NCBI RefSeq assembly: GCF_030144855.1
Contig: NC_082730.1
Location: 14,260,001 to 14,324,000 of the forward strand
Reading direction: 5' to 3'
Length of the DNA: 64,000 bases
From: Hypanus sabinus
Taxonomy: Eukaryota
Shown: one piece after another, positions 25,486 through 38,200 of the stretch
Layout: each line of letters opens with the position of its first letter
How positions within the stretch are numbered: the stretch's first letter is position 1
Notes under the pieces: generated by a model
Seen by the model: only the letters and a program-made list of their open reading frames with translations
Told to the model about the DNA's origin: nothing
The model's database searches: none
Translations under genes and position numbers: made by a program

Positions 25486-26020
25486 GGGTCCTAAATTCCA
25501 CCCGCACTGAGACAGTTTAGTTATCAATATAATCATCAACTTTTTGAAATCTGAAAAATTCTGAATTCCAAAATGCAAATGGACCCAAGGATTTTGGACC
25601 TGTATGTTTGAAGGGGAGTTTCCAGTCAAAGAGCAATCTAACAAATTCTCAACAGAAGATGGTGATACATCACAATGGAGGAAAGCTGCAGCAGAGAAAG
25701 TCTACAGTTGTTCTGCACTCCCTGATACTGATCTGTCAAGGACTTTGACTGTTCATCGGCTTTCCCATTATAAACAAAGTTCTGCACAGGCATTTCTCCA
25801 TAATAGGAATGAGTCAAACATCATACTTGACTGGAGTGATAGCAGTATTTTTATTACAGTCACCATTAACTTTCCAGTCATGCTGTTATTAATAGTTTTT
25901 CTGACAGTAACTATCCTTCACCATTTCAATCAGATAGTTAAAGTTCGATTTGATTCATTTGTTTAGTTCAACCGAGGGGGCCTCAGATTCTAAGGCATCT
26001 GATTTCAGCCTCTGGCTCAC

Positions 26021-26046
26021 TGTGGTTTCACAACAGAACTTCCTGC
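26021..26046 (+). promoter_or_regulatory. Candidate RUNX plus ETS composite site upstream of the leader exon
   Basis: TGTGGTT (26021-26027) and AACTTCCTGC (26037-26046; reverse complement GCAGGAAGTT), 120-146 nt upstream of the ATG. Motif match only. Confidence 0.4.
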
Positions 26047-26166
26047 TGTCTCCTTCTTCCTCTTTCAACTTCCATGTCCCATTTCATTTAGCCTGTTATT
26101 TAGTTTTTAGAGCAAAGAGCTGGGCGACAGACAAGTGCTGCCCAGTCGGTCACTGTCAATAGAACA

Positions 26167-26203
26167 ATGTGGATTCCGATTCTTCTCATCTGTTCCCTGC
26201 CCG
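26167..26203 (+). CDS. Signal-peptide (leader) exon
   Basis: ATG...MWIPILLICSLP + G followed by the consensus donor GTGAGT. Phase 1; joins the V exons to give MWIPILLICSLPVSGALWAEK. Confidence 0.85.
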
Positions 26204-29200
26204 GTGAGTGACGACCAGTGTAGAACATTACAGAGACTGGTAAATGCAGGAAATACTCAACAGGTCAGGCTGTACCCATGGAAATGAAACAGTGAACATT
26301 TCAGACCCAAGACCTTTTGACTCTGTTTCACGTCCCAGAGATTCAGCCTGACATATGCAGTATTCCCAGCATGTTCTGTTTTTGTCTCAGATTTCAAACA
26401 TCTGCCATTTATTTGTTCATTCAAATGATCAGTGTTAATTCGGGTCTAGTGCATTATTTCAGTAGCAGAGATGGTAAAGTATGTGCAGATATGTAAAGAT
26501 AGAAAATACTCCATGAATTGGTTCAACTATTTTGGGGTGTGGAACCACAGACACAATGCTTGCAGTACTGTATGGTTCCAGCGGTACCTATGGAAGAAAA
26601 AGGTGTTTCAGTAGGAGGCCCTGCATCGGGGCTCATGGGGGTAGGGGGTGGGTAGTTGTGGGAGGGCAGAAGGAGTGTATTTAGCTGAGTACATGTACTG
26701 GCCCTGGTCTGGCACCAGTGTTGAGGATAATCTTGGCAGAGTGCGTTGCTGCCTAGGGAACAGTTACTTTGTAAAAGTTTGCACTATAAAATGCAAAGGC
26801 ACCCTTTCCATCCATGAAACATCATTTTCATGCTGTCTTGTACTCACTAAAATCAGCATAGGAGTTATACATTATACATGAAAAATAAGTTCTTGCCATT
26901 TGACAGCTGTTCCTGTTTTTGAAGTGTCTTGTTCTTCAGTTCTTTGTGGGTTGAGTGCTCATCTTGCACTCAGAATCCATTTCCATCTCATTCACTTCCT
27001 CAAAATATAAACATTTGTTCTACTCAGCAGCATCCTGAAATTTTTCTCTTTTACCCATTTTTTAAAAAGCTTGTTATGGACGCTCTCCCTGCAGAGGCTC
27101 AGTGTCAGCATTTATTGTTTTCAATCATTGTTTTACTGAGTAATTCCAGGTGGGGATGTTTGTAGAGTTCAGTTAGGGAATTTGACAAATATTTTCTCAA
27201 ATATTTTCCTGGAACACTTAAAAAATGAATCAATTTCATAGTAGCATTTGGGGGATATGATTGCTCGTGAGGTTCGATGATGTTAAGAGCTCATTGACAA
27301 TGGAGACTCAAATGCCGGGTATGTGGTAAAGCCACCAGCAGATGGGGTGAAATTGACCAGGAGATTGACAGGAAGGAGGAAAGCTTTTCACCCCAGAGGG
27401 ACTTGGATGGTTAGTGGGGCAGAAAAGAACTGTAAGGAGATCAAATAGAACATAGGACAGTACTTCAGCCTATGATACTGTGCTGAACCAATTAAACAGC
27501 CAACTAAACTTATCCCTTCTGCCTGCACAATGTGAATATCCTTCCATTTTCTCCACATTCATGTCCCAATCTAAATGTCTTTTAAATGTCCAGACACCCC
27601 AGCCCACTGACATCATCTGTTGACAGGCCCCAAAACCTGCTCAGTGGCACTGTAGGTTTAAGGCCTAGTCCTCGCCCTGACACCCAATTCCCAGTAGGTG
27701 AAGCAGTGGTTTTGAGACCCAGTCCTTGCATATACAAAGCACAAACAGACAAATATATATGTATATCGTCCAGACTCCTCAGTCCATTTTAAATCTTCCA
27801 TTGCCATAACTGAGTTACGTTGCCCCCAGTAGCTCAGTGGCTCGAAAGCCTCAACTCTGATGGCCGAGAAGCAAGAGACCTGCAGCTTGAGGCCCAAGCC
27901 CATTCAGTGCCGCTATGCAGTCGGCCACATCAGAGCTTGTCTCCTGCAGAGCAAAACCCTGGGAGGGCAGCTCCGACCTCATTCTGAACACTGTGCCACA
28001 CCACCCCCAGTGAGACACACTGTCTTTATTTCCTCATTCCGGGCGGCTGCAAGCAGGTGACTCCACGGTTTCAGGCCTAGTCCTCGTTACGGCCAACGAA
28101 CTGGCTCCTTCCAACCACCACTGCTCCCATCAAAAAAATCTGCAAATCAAACTTGCAACATACCAGATTAACAATGTCCAAAAGGGTCCTGCTATAACAA
28201 GAAAAGTGACCATGGTGGCTATATTGACTCAGGCAGTGGCACCTTGTGTGGCTCCTTCGTTATCTCTGCCCGCAAGCAACTTGCTGATAGTGTAGACCTG
28301 TGGTCCTTTGAGTTCTTAGAGCATAGTAGAAGCTTGTGATCATTATATATACATTTAAGTACAACAGTAGCACCTCTTAGAGACCCCATAGAAGTCATTG
28401 TGGCTTTTGGAAAAATAAAGGTATTAATTCTTTTTTGGATCTATTTAAAGAAGGTAAGACTGATGCCTTTTGAACAATTAGTTGATAAATACTCTCTTTC
28501 ATATTCACATTTCTTACAATACCTTCAAGTTAGACATTTCTTAGAAAAATATTTAAGTAATTTTCCTTGCATATTAGTGGCCGATCTGTTAGCTACTATT
28601 ATGAATACGGACACTTTGATGAAGGGTTGCATTGGAAGAATTTATAATTTATTATTACAATGGGATAAATGCCCTTTCTTCAAGATTAAACAAAATAGGG
28701 AAAAGGAACTTAATTTGACTTTTATAAAGGAGGACTGGATGCGGATCTTGAAGCCGGTTAACTCTTCCTCGATTTGTGCTCGTCATTCATTGATTCAATT
28801 TAAAATTGTACATCGTTACTATTTGATGAAGAAGAGATTGTCTAAAGTCTTTCCTAATGTGGTTAGTTATTGTGATAGATGTAAAACTGAGACACTGACA
28901 CACATGTTTTGGTCTTGTTCTATACTGGAACAGTTTTGGAAGTCAGTTTTTTCTACAATTTCTAGAGCACTTAAAATTAATTTACAACCTATCAAATTAA
29001 CTGTGCTCTTTGGAATAATATCTCAAAATATCTGCAGTATTTCTTTGTCTGACCAACACGTTATTGCATTTGTTACATTGATAGCTAGGAGGGCTATTCT
29101 GTTGAAGTGGAAGAATGTGTTGGCTCCCACTTTGTCACAATGTTTCTCTCAAGTGATGTTATGTCTTAGTTTGTAGAAAATTAGAAGTCAAACCTTTGAA

Positions 29201-32200
29201 ACTATGTTTGATTTTGAGAAAAGATGGGGTTCATTTCCTCGTTACTACCATTTGAGTTCATTGACAGATTTCCTCCACGATCTAATTGTAAATTTCGATA
29301 TAATTTGTTTTGCTGGCTGGCAGTTTGATGTTAATCTTTAGAAGCTTTTTTTATGATGCATGACCCCAGTGTTGAACACCTAATCGGTTCTTTTTTTTCT
29401 CACTTTTTTCTTGCTTTAGTCGTGTTCGTTTTCTTTTTCTTCTCTTTTTACTCTGCTGGACACAACCTACCACACACAAAACCATGCTGGCTATCCTTAA
29501 TTAGTCCACGTCTATCTAAGTACTTAATATATCCGGTCCCTTAGAATACATTCCAATAACTTCCCCACTGCTGATGTCAGACGCACTGGCCCATAACTTC
29601 CTAATTTGTGTTTAGAGACTTTTTTAAGCAGCAGAACAACATTGGTTACCCTCCAACCCTCTGATACCTCTCCTGTCACTAAGGATGTTTTAAAAATCTC
29701 TCCTCGAGCCGTAACAATTTCTACTCTTCCCTCCCGTAGTGTCCAAGGGAACATCTTCTCAGGTCCTGGGAGCTTATCCACCCTGATTTGCCTCAGCATA
29801 GCAAATCCCTCCTCCTCTGTAATCTGTACAGAGTCCATGAAGTTGATGCTACTTTGTCTCACTTCTATAGACTCTGTATCCATCTCCCAACTAAATACAG
29901 ATGCAAAGAATGCATTTACTATCTACCCCATCTGTTTTTGCTCCACACATGTGAAATCGCATTGGTGTCCTTCATATCATGATAGGGTAGTTAAGCAGGC
30001 CTATGGGATGCTGGGCTTCATTAACAGGGGGATTGAGTTCAAGAGTAGAGAGGTCATGCTGCAACTCTACAAATCTCTGGTGAGTCTGCACTTAAGAGTA
30101 TTGTGTTCAATTCTGGTCACATCATTATAGGAAGGATGTGGAAGCTATGGAGAGGGTGCTGAGGAGATTTACCAAGATGTTGCCTGGTTTGGAGAACAAG
30201 TCATATGAAGCAAGGTTAGCGGAGCTGGGACTTCTCTCGTTGGAGCGTAGAAGAATGAGAGGGGAGTTGATAGAGCTCTACAAGATAATGAGAGGCATAG
30301 ATAGGGTGGATAGTCAGTACCTGTTTCCCAAGGCACCAATAGCAAACACCAGAGGGCAAATGTACAAAATTAAGGGAGGCAGATAGATAATAGAAAAAAT
30401 AGAGGGTTATGGGGTAGTGTGGGTTTAATACTTTTTTTAAGCATTATATGGGTCGGCACAACATGGAAGACTGAAGGGCCTGTACTGTGCAATAGTTCTA
30501 TGGTTCTATGGTTCTATACTTCAAGTAAGTCTGCTGTAGTAGAACTTCCTCACCAGTCCCACAACAGAGGTCAATGGGTAACCTCGCTTCCCGCCCAAAT
30601 ATCAGATAATACTGTGAGTACCTGGCAGCTTCATTCTGTGTACAGTTGTAGCAGTGGACCAGACATTCAATTTGTTGACTCCACTTGTCCCTTTTACTAA
30701 TTTCCATGGTTCTGAGCATGTCTAGCAAGGCACAGTTGAACTTCTGCTGAGGATCACCCTGAGTGTGATGAGGCTTAGTCCTTGACTTCTTAATAGACAA
30801 TAGACAATAGACAATAGGTGCTGAAGTAAACCATTTGGCCCCTTGAGTCTGCACCGCCATTCTGAGATCATGGCTGATCATTCACTATCAATACCCAGTC
30901 CCTGCCTTGTCCCCATATCCCTTGATTCCCCTATCCATCAGATATCTATCCAGCTCCTTCTTGAAAGCATCCAGAGAATTGGCCTCCACCGTCTTCCGAG
31001 GCAGTGCATTCCACACCTCCACAACTTAAGTCCAAGCATGTTCAGTAACTCATGTATGAGCCTGTTCTCTAAATCCCATCCTGATCACAATGTACAGTAT
31101 TTGCCTCGGGAGGCCATAAATAAAGATACATTTCTCCCATAACACTTTGGCAACGGTGGACTTCTGATTCTTGGTAGGGAAGGTGTGCACAAATCTGGTG
31201 TAGTGATCCGTAATGACCAGGACATTCACCACGTTGCTGGCACCAGGCTCTATTGATAGGCAATCCATACACACCAGGCCAAGTGGCTCCGCATTCTGTA
31301 AGTGGGATAATAGAATGGCCTTCGTAGGCAGCATCTTCCTCCGTATGCATTGAATGCATGACTTGCAGTACTCTTTGGTCTCTGGCTTCATTTGGGGCCG
31401 GAAAAACTGATTTTTCAGCAATCCATAAGTCTTGTCAAACCTCAAATGACTGGAATCATCAGGCAATGACTTCCACACAATCCTCTGATACATCTCATGC
31501 AGAACCAGCTGGTAACAACAAGACTGGAGGCTATGTGACCCAGTATCAAATCTGGTTCCTCAGCTCCAATCAGGGCCATCCACTCAGTAGCAGAGAGGTT
31601 CAGCTGTCCGCTTGGGCCATGTCCCCTTCCACAACTGCTGACCAGATAGTGCCTATGCACAGGTCATCTCACTAAGCAGCTGCCACTTCCCCAGGACTCA
31701 ATTCTGCCAACTGCTTTGTCTTCAGAGCAGTTAGGATGCAGGAAACCTGTGGAGTGGCACCATCAGAAGTTCAAAAAGATCTACCACTCGATTCTGCCCT
31801 TGCCTTTCCTCTGCCTTCACCGTGATGGAAAACTGGCTCTTGGCTTTGACTCCCGGGACAGGAATGCTCTCCCACTCTCCAGCCCTGACCAGCCCTTCAT
31901 ATGCATGTCAGGACAATGCATTAGCATCAATGGTCTGACTCCCTGGCTGGTACTTCAGGCTCAAATCATAGGCAGGCAACATCCCCTGTGGACACCGACA
32001 GTCTGGGGCATTGGCCAGATGGTCACCACCATAGGAAAGATCCTCTCCATATCCACTTGATTGAGGCCTTTCAACTTTTGTTAAGCAGCAATGACATCAC
32101 CCTTCATTCCTATGAATTCCAGTGAGTAGAGGCTGAGAGCCATCAAGCACTCTTCATATGACAAGCCTTTCAATCCCAGATTCATTTCTGTGAAACTCTT

Positions 32201-35200
32201 TTGAACCCTCTCCAACATTAGCCCATCCTTGCTTGGATAAGGGGACCAAAACTGCTAACAATACTCCAAGTGATGCCTTAGCAGTGCTTTATAAAGCCTC
32301 AACTTTACATCCTTGATTTTATATTCCAGTCTTCTCGAAATAAATGCTAACATCACATTTGCCTTCCTCACCATCAACCCAACAGGATTCAGGGAATCCT
32401 GTAGAAGGACTCGCAATTCCCTTTGTGCCTCAGTTATTTTTGTATTTTCTCTCCATTTAGAAAATAGTCTATCCTTTAATTTCTTCTGCCAAAGTGCATG
32501 AACATACAATTCTTGATACTGTAATCCATCTGCCACTTCTTTTCTCATTCTCCTCAACTGCTGAAGTCCATCTGTAGCCTCTCTACTTCCTCAAAACTAC
32601 CTGTCCCACACCTATCTTCATAACATCAACAAATGTTGCAACAAAGCCATCAATTCTATCATCCAAGTCATTGACATATAAAGTAAAAAGAAGTCGTCCC
32701 AGCACAGACCATTGTGGAACACTACTAGTCATCTTTCATTGGCTCCACTGTCAAGGTCTTGTTTAGATTGCTCTTTGACTGGAACTTCCCCCTTGAACTT
32801 TCTGCCATGGAAGACCATACCAGATGCCATCGCTCTCAGGATGTCAGGAACTCACAAGCCTCTCCACCACCACAAGGTGATGATCCATGGAGAAGTGAGT
32901 AAGTGGGGTAACATTCTGAAATACACTTCCTGAACAGTTGGTAGAGTCATGATCCTTCAGCACAGTAAACTGAGCCTGGAAGGTGTATTTGAAGAGCTGT
33001 CACCTGCCGGGCAAAGGCCCCAGTGTTAGAGGGAGGACCAGAACATAACCAGAACTGAAGGAAGGGCTGAACGGCCTCTTATGTCATAAATTCTATGATC
33101 CTGCTTCAGGAAAACAGAAGTAGAACTGAATATTTTATTTTCTATTGACAGGAAATTCTGGTGACATAACGTCAATGTCCGTATTTGCTAAGTACAAAAC
33201 CAGAATGTATGAAGACCCTAATGTTATTTTGGGATTCAACATTTTCTGTATATATAGTACTTTCTCCTGCCCTCAAAATTCGGGTGACTATAAATCAACT
33301 GCCCTTAATAATGCTTCCCCTCACCCCATTTTCCAAGAAGTAGACTGTGTCTCTCTTCTCCCTTAGCCCGCCGTCTCTCACCATTCAGGGAAATGTGCAC
33401 AGAATGCCCTTGGAAAAGTTGGGATCTGAGGAAGAAGCTGAGTAAAAAGCTGGGAAATACTGTTAGAAGCCATGTGCTGAAGATGAAACTGTTCTGTGGC
33501 AAGGGTATAGGCTAAACACTGGTGACTGGGTGATGGCCTCTGCCAATCCTCCCACCTTTTGACCACAAACAAGGGTGAATGTCTGATTGGGGTCCTAGTA
33601 AAGGGATGGATGTTGACCAGCACAGATAGGATATTCACTCTGAATATTGAAAATATTTTGGGGGTACAGAGGTCTATTGATGCCAGAATTTGGAGTGACA
33701 ATCTATCAGCTGGAGGAACTCAGTGGGTCAGGACTTCAGCACCTGTCAGGGCATGGGACGGCTGAGGTTATTAAACTGTCATAGATTTTTGACCTGAAAC
33801 TGCAACAGATGTCGACTGACCCAATGAGTTCCTCTTTTGCTTTGCTCCAGAAAGTTGTTTGTGAAGCAGTTTTTTTTTGCTTACTCAAGAAATTTCAAGA
33901 GATTGAAAAAATTAAAAGACATTTTCAAACTCTCATTGCTACAACCAGAAATTTCCACTTGGTTCAAAAGGGCAACAATTATAGCAGTGCCTAAGAACAC
34001 CAGTGTGAACCGGCTTAATGATTATCGTCCAGTCGCACTCACATATACGTGATGAAGTACTTTGAGTGGCTGGTCATGTCTAGAATCAACTCCTGCCTCA
34101 GCCAGGACCTGCACCACAGCAATTTGCCTGTTACCACAATAGATCTACAGTAACACAATCTCATTGGCTGTCCATGCAACCTTGAATCATCTGGACAATA
34201 AAATACCTATGTCAGCATGCTATTTATTGACTATAGCTCAATATTTAACACCGTCATTCCTACAGTGCTTTTTGAAGAGTTATAGAGCCTGGGCTTCTGT
34301 ACCGCCCTCTGCAAATGGAAGACCTCAATCTGTGCAGATTGGAAATAACAACTCCACCTCACTGACAATCAACAGTGGAGCACTTCCGGGATGTGTGCTT
34401 AGCTTGCTGCTCTGGTCCCTTTACACCTATGACTGTGTGGCTAGGCACAGCAAAAATGTCATCTATAAATTAGCTGATGATACACCCATTGTTGGCAAAA
34501 TATCAAATGGAAATGAGAGGGTGTACAGGAATAGATATACCAGCAAGTGGAATGGTGTTTCAGCAACATCCTTGCATTCACTGATTGTGGACTTGAGAAC
34601 AGGTAAAAGGAGGGTATACTCACCAGTCTTTGTAGAGAAATCGGAAGTGGGGCGAGTGAGTAATTACAAGTTCCTGGGCATTAGTATCTCTCAGGGCCTA
34701 ATCTGATCCCAACATATCAATGCTGCTGTGAAGAAGGCAAAACAGTGGCTATATTTAATTAGGATTTTGAGAAGAATTGTTATGTCACCTGTTATGTCCA
34801 CAGCCCCCTCCTTTGTGAGAATTGCAAGAGCACTAGTTGAGGAGGGGTCAGTAGACCCAGGAAGTGGGAGAGAGAGACGTGCCGAATACCTCGTTCCACC
34901 GCGATACAAAATAATGCAACATTGACCATTGTCCCATGGAGACCACGCGTAAGCCTTCGGGCAAAGTGGGCTGGTTGAGAGAGAGATTGTATCATCCCAA
35001 CCTGATTGACATCTGAGACCCCGTGAGGAAGTATAAAGGAGGGTCTGGGGGGAAACAACCCCTTCAGACGCACCAGAAGACACGCTAGCAATCCCCTAGT
35101 AGCGGGATGCCATTTTGAAGGAAGCCACGTGCGTTAGATTCCGTGCCTGGAGTCTGTGGCTGGAATCACGAAAAACTGCTTTTAGCTAACAACGGGGAAG

Positions 35201-38200
35201 CCCGCTCCCCTGATTCAACGGATTTGCTTCACAAAGACCCAGGCACGTATTCTTTCCTCACCAATCTCTCTCTCTCTCTCTCTCTCTCCAACAAGTGAAA
35301 ACCCAGCGGTTCCCCACCCCCCCCCCGAAAGCCAGATGCCTGCAGGAATTTGAGTGACTTTTATATTTCCATTGGACACTATATTATTCCCTAGACAAAC
35401 GATCGAGCTGTTTTTTATTGATGGTTATTATTAGATCCGCGCTTTTAGATTAAGTAGTGACTACGTATATTATCTGTATGTTTGTATTAATCGTATGTTT
35501 GTGCCCCTTTCATAAATAAAGACTTTTAAAAATAGTACCATCAGACTTCAACGGACCTCTCTATCCTTGCTGGTAAGTGATCCAGTTACGGGATTTGGTA
35601 ACACACCTAAATATCTACTTATGTACTGTGGAGAGCATTCTGACTGGCTGCATCACTGTCTGGTATGTGGGGATGTGGGGTGGGGCGGAGCGCTGATACT
35701 GCACACAACCAAAGTAAGCTGCACAGAGTTGAAAAATAAGTCAGACCTATCGTGGATACTAGACTCCATGGTATACAAGACATCTTCAAGCAGCAGTGCC
35801 TCAAAAAGGCAGTACCCATCATTATGGACCTCCACCAGCCAGGACATTACTTCTTGGCATTGTTACCTTCAAGAAGGAGATACAAAAGCCTGAAGGCACG
35901 CATTCAGAATTTCAGAAACAGCTTCTTCCCGGGGATGGGGGGGGGGGAGCATCACGTGATGACGTAGGATTGAGACGTTAGGAATCCAGCTCCCTCGTAA
36001 AAAGTAATGAAATAGGGTTTAAATGAAGAAGAGTTAACAAATACCTACTAGAAACTATTTATAAGCAACTCAGGATTATCTTTTGATATGGCTCCTAAAC
36101 CGAAACAGAAGAAAGCTTCTACTTCAAAGACTGCACAAATTGGCGAGGAAAAAGGCCTAACCATCTCGGCGAAGCCTCGGACTCAAGTTGGATCTCCTCC
36201 CGGCGAAGTGCATAGCATTTCTGATGATGCGGGACAGGAAGTTGCAGCAATGTTGGTGGTCTCTAAGGAGAAACGGTAAGAACAATGCATGCGCAAAGAA
36301 ACAAGTATGCATGAACAGATATTAACAAAACTACAAATCCCAACTACGGCTGGAAGTGAAATTGGAAGTGAATTGGAAGTGGAATCAGACTCTTTGGGAA
36401 ATTCAGAGGAAGAAGAAGAGGAAAAGAAGGAGGAAATTAAAGAAGACATAAAAGATATCCTGATATATATGATGAATGAATTAAAAGCTATAAGAACAGA
36501 TATAAGAAGGATGCAGAATACACTCGATAATGTGGTGGAAAAACAAAAGAAGATGGATAATAAAGTTAAAGAGATGGAAGTAAAAGTGGAAGAAAACACT
36601 GAAAGAATAGATAAGATAGAAGACAATAACCTTGCCTGGACAGTAGAAAGCAAACGGATGTTGGAAAAAATAGATGCACTTGAAAACTCTAGTCGATGAA
36701 ATAATATCAAAATTGTTGGTCTTATGGAAGGTACAGAGGGAGAAAATCCAATAAAATTCTTTCAAGAATGGATTCCGAAAATTTTGGAAATGAAAGAAGG
36801 AAGCCAAGTAATTGAAATTGAAAGACCACACAGAGCTTTAAGACCAAGACCTCAACAAGATCAAAATCCAAGATCAATTTTGATAAAATGCTTAAGGTAC
36901 CAAGATTAAGAAATGATCTTGAAGGCAGCTACTCAAGGTGCTAAAAAGAGAAATGGGCCATTGATAATAGAAGGGAAAAGAGTTTTTTTTAATCCAGACA
37001 TAAGTTATGATCTACTGAAGAGGCGGAAGGAATTTAATCTAGTGAAAAAATCTTTATGGGAAAAGGGCTATAAATTTTTATTGAGCTACCCAGCAAAATT
37101 GATCATTTTCCTGGATAACAAAGAAAGAAGATTTTTTGTTGACTACCAGAAAGCGGAGAAATTTGTTACAAGAATTACCTGATGTCCACGAAGAATTATA
37201 GAGTTGAAATAGACTAATGATGAAGACTGAAACAAGGTTGGACTTGATAGACATTTATAAGGAAAAAAAAAGTTGATGAGTATTAATTGGGAGTAGAGAC
37301 ATTAATTATTTTCTTTTTTTTCTTCACTAATATATTTTCTTTTTTTTTTGCGGGGGAGCTGGAGGAGCTCCTGATCGATGGCTGCGAGTTTCACATGTAC
37401 AATCATGGCGATTGCCATGACCCATAAAATGTGTGTGGGGGGGTAATGTTGTGTTCTTTTTATTCGCAACATTAGTGAGGGGGTATTTTGTTTTTTTTTT
37501 CTTATGTATTAGTTATCTTTCTTCTATTTTTCTTCTTTTTTGCCTGGATGGTTGGGCAGAGACTCATAGCAACATGGAGAATTTTAAAGAGTTCCCAAGG
37601 TATTATGAATGATTAATTTACTTAATTTTTTAAGTTTTAATGTTAATGGAATTAATGGACCTGTGAAAAGAAAAAGAGTTTTAACATATATTAAGAAAAT
37701 GAAAGGAGATATAGCTTTTTTTTTTACAGGAAACACATTTAACAGAAACAGAACATAAGTTAAAGAGAGATTGGGTTGGAAATGTCATTGCAGCTTCATT
37801 TAATTCAAAATTGAGAGTTGCAATTTTGGTTAATAAATCTTTACCAATTAAAAGACAAAATGTAATAATTGATTCTGTGGGGAGATATGTGATTATACAT
37901 TGTCAATTTTTTTCAGAATTATGGACTTTTATGAACATTTATGCACTAAATGAAAATGATGCAAAATTCATACAAGAAGTTTTTTTGAACTTGGCTGATG
38001 CACGTGATAAAATATTAATAGTTGGAGATTGTAATTTTTGTTTAGATCCAATTTTGGATAGGTCAACTAAAGTTGCTACAAAATCAAAAGTAATAAAACT
38101 AACTTTATCATTAATGAAAGATTTAAACCTGATTGATATATGGAGAAAAATTAATCCAAGAGAAAGAGATTATTCATTTTATTCAAATAGACATAAAACT

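Noticed and set aside
25246-25644. ORFs spanning N runs (also 46117-46383)
   Set aside because: Artefacts of translating assembly gaps.
27076-27139. Second leader exon candidate MDALPAEAQCQHLLFSIIVLL
   Set aside because: Hydrophobic stretch with a possible phase-1 donor, but the donor (A|GTAATT) is weak and 26167-26203 has a consensus donor and a better signal peptide. Not excluded without RNA data.
33120-33200. Strong-looking acceptor (ttttattttctattgacag) as an extra exon
   Set aside because: No convincing donor or recognisable domain follows.
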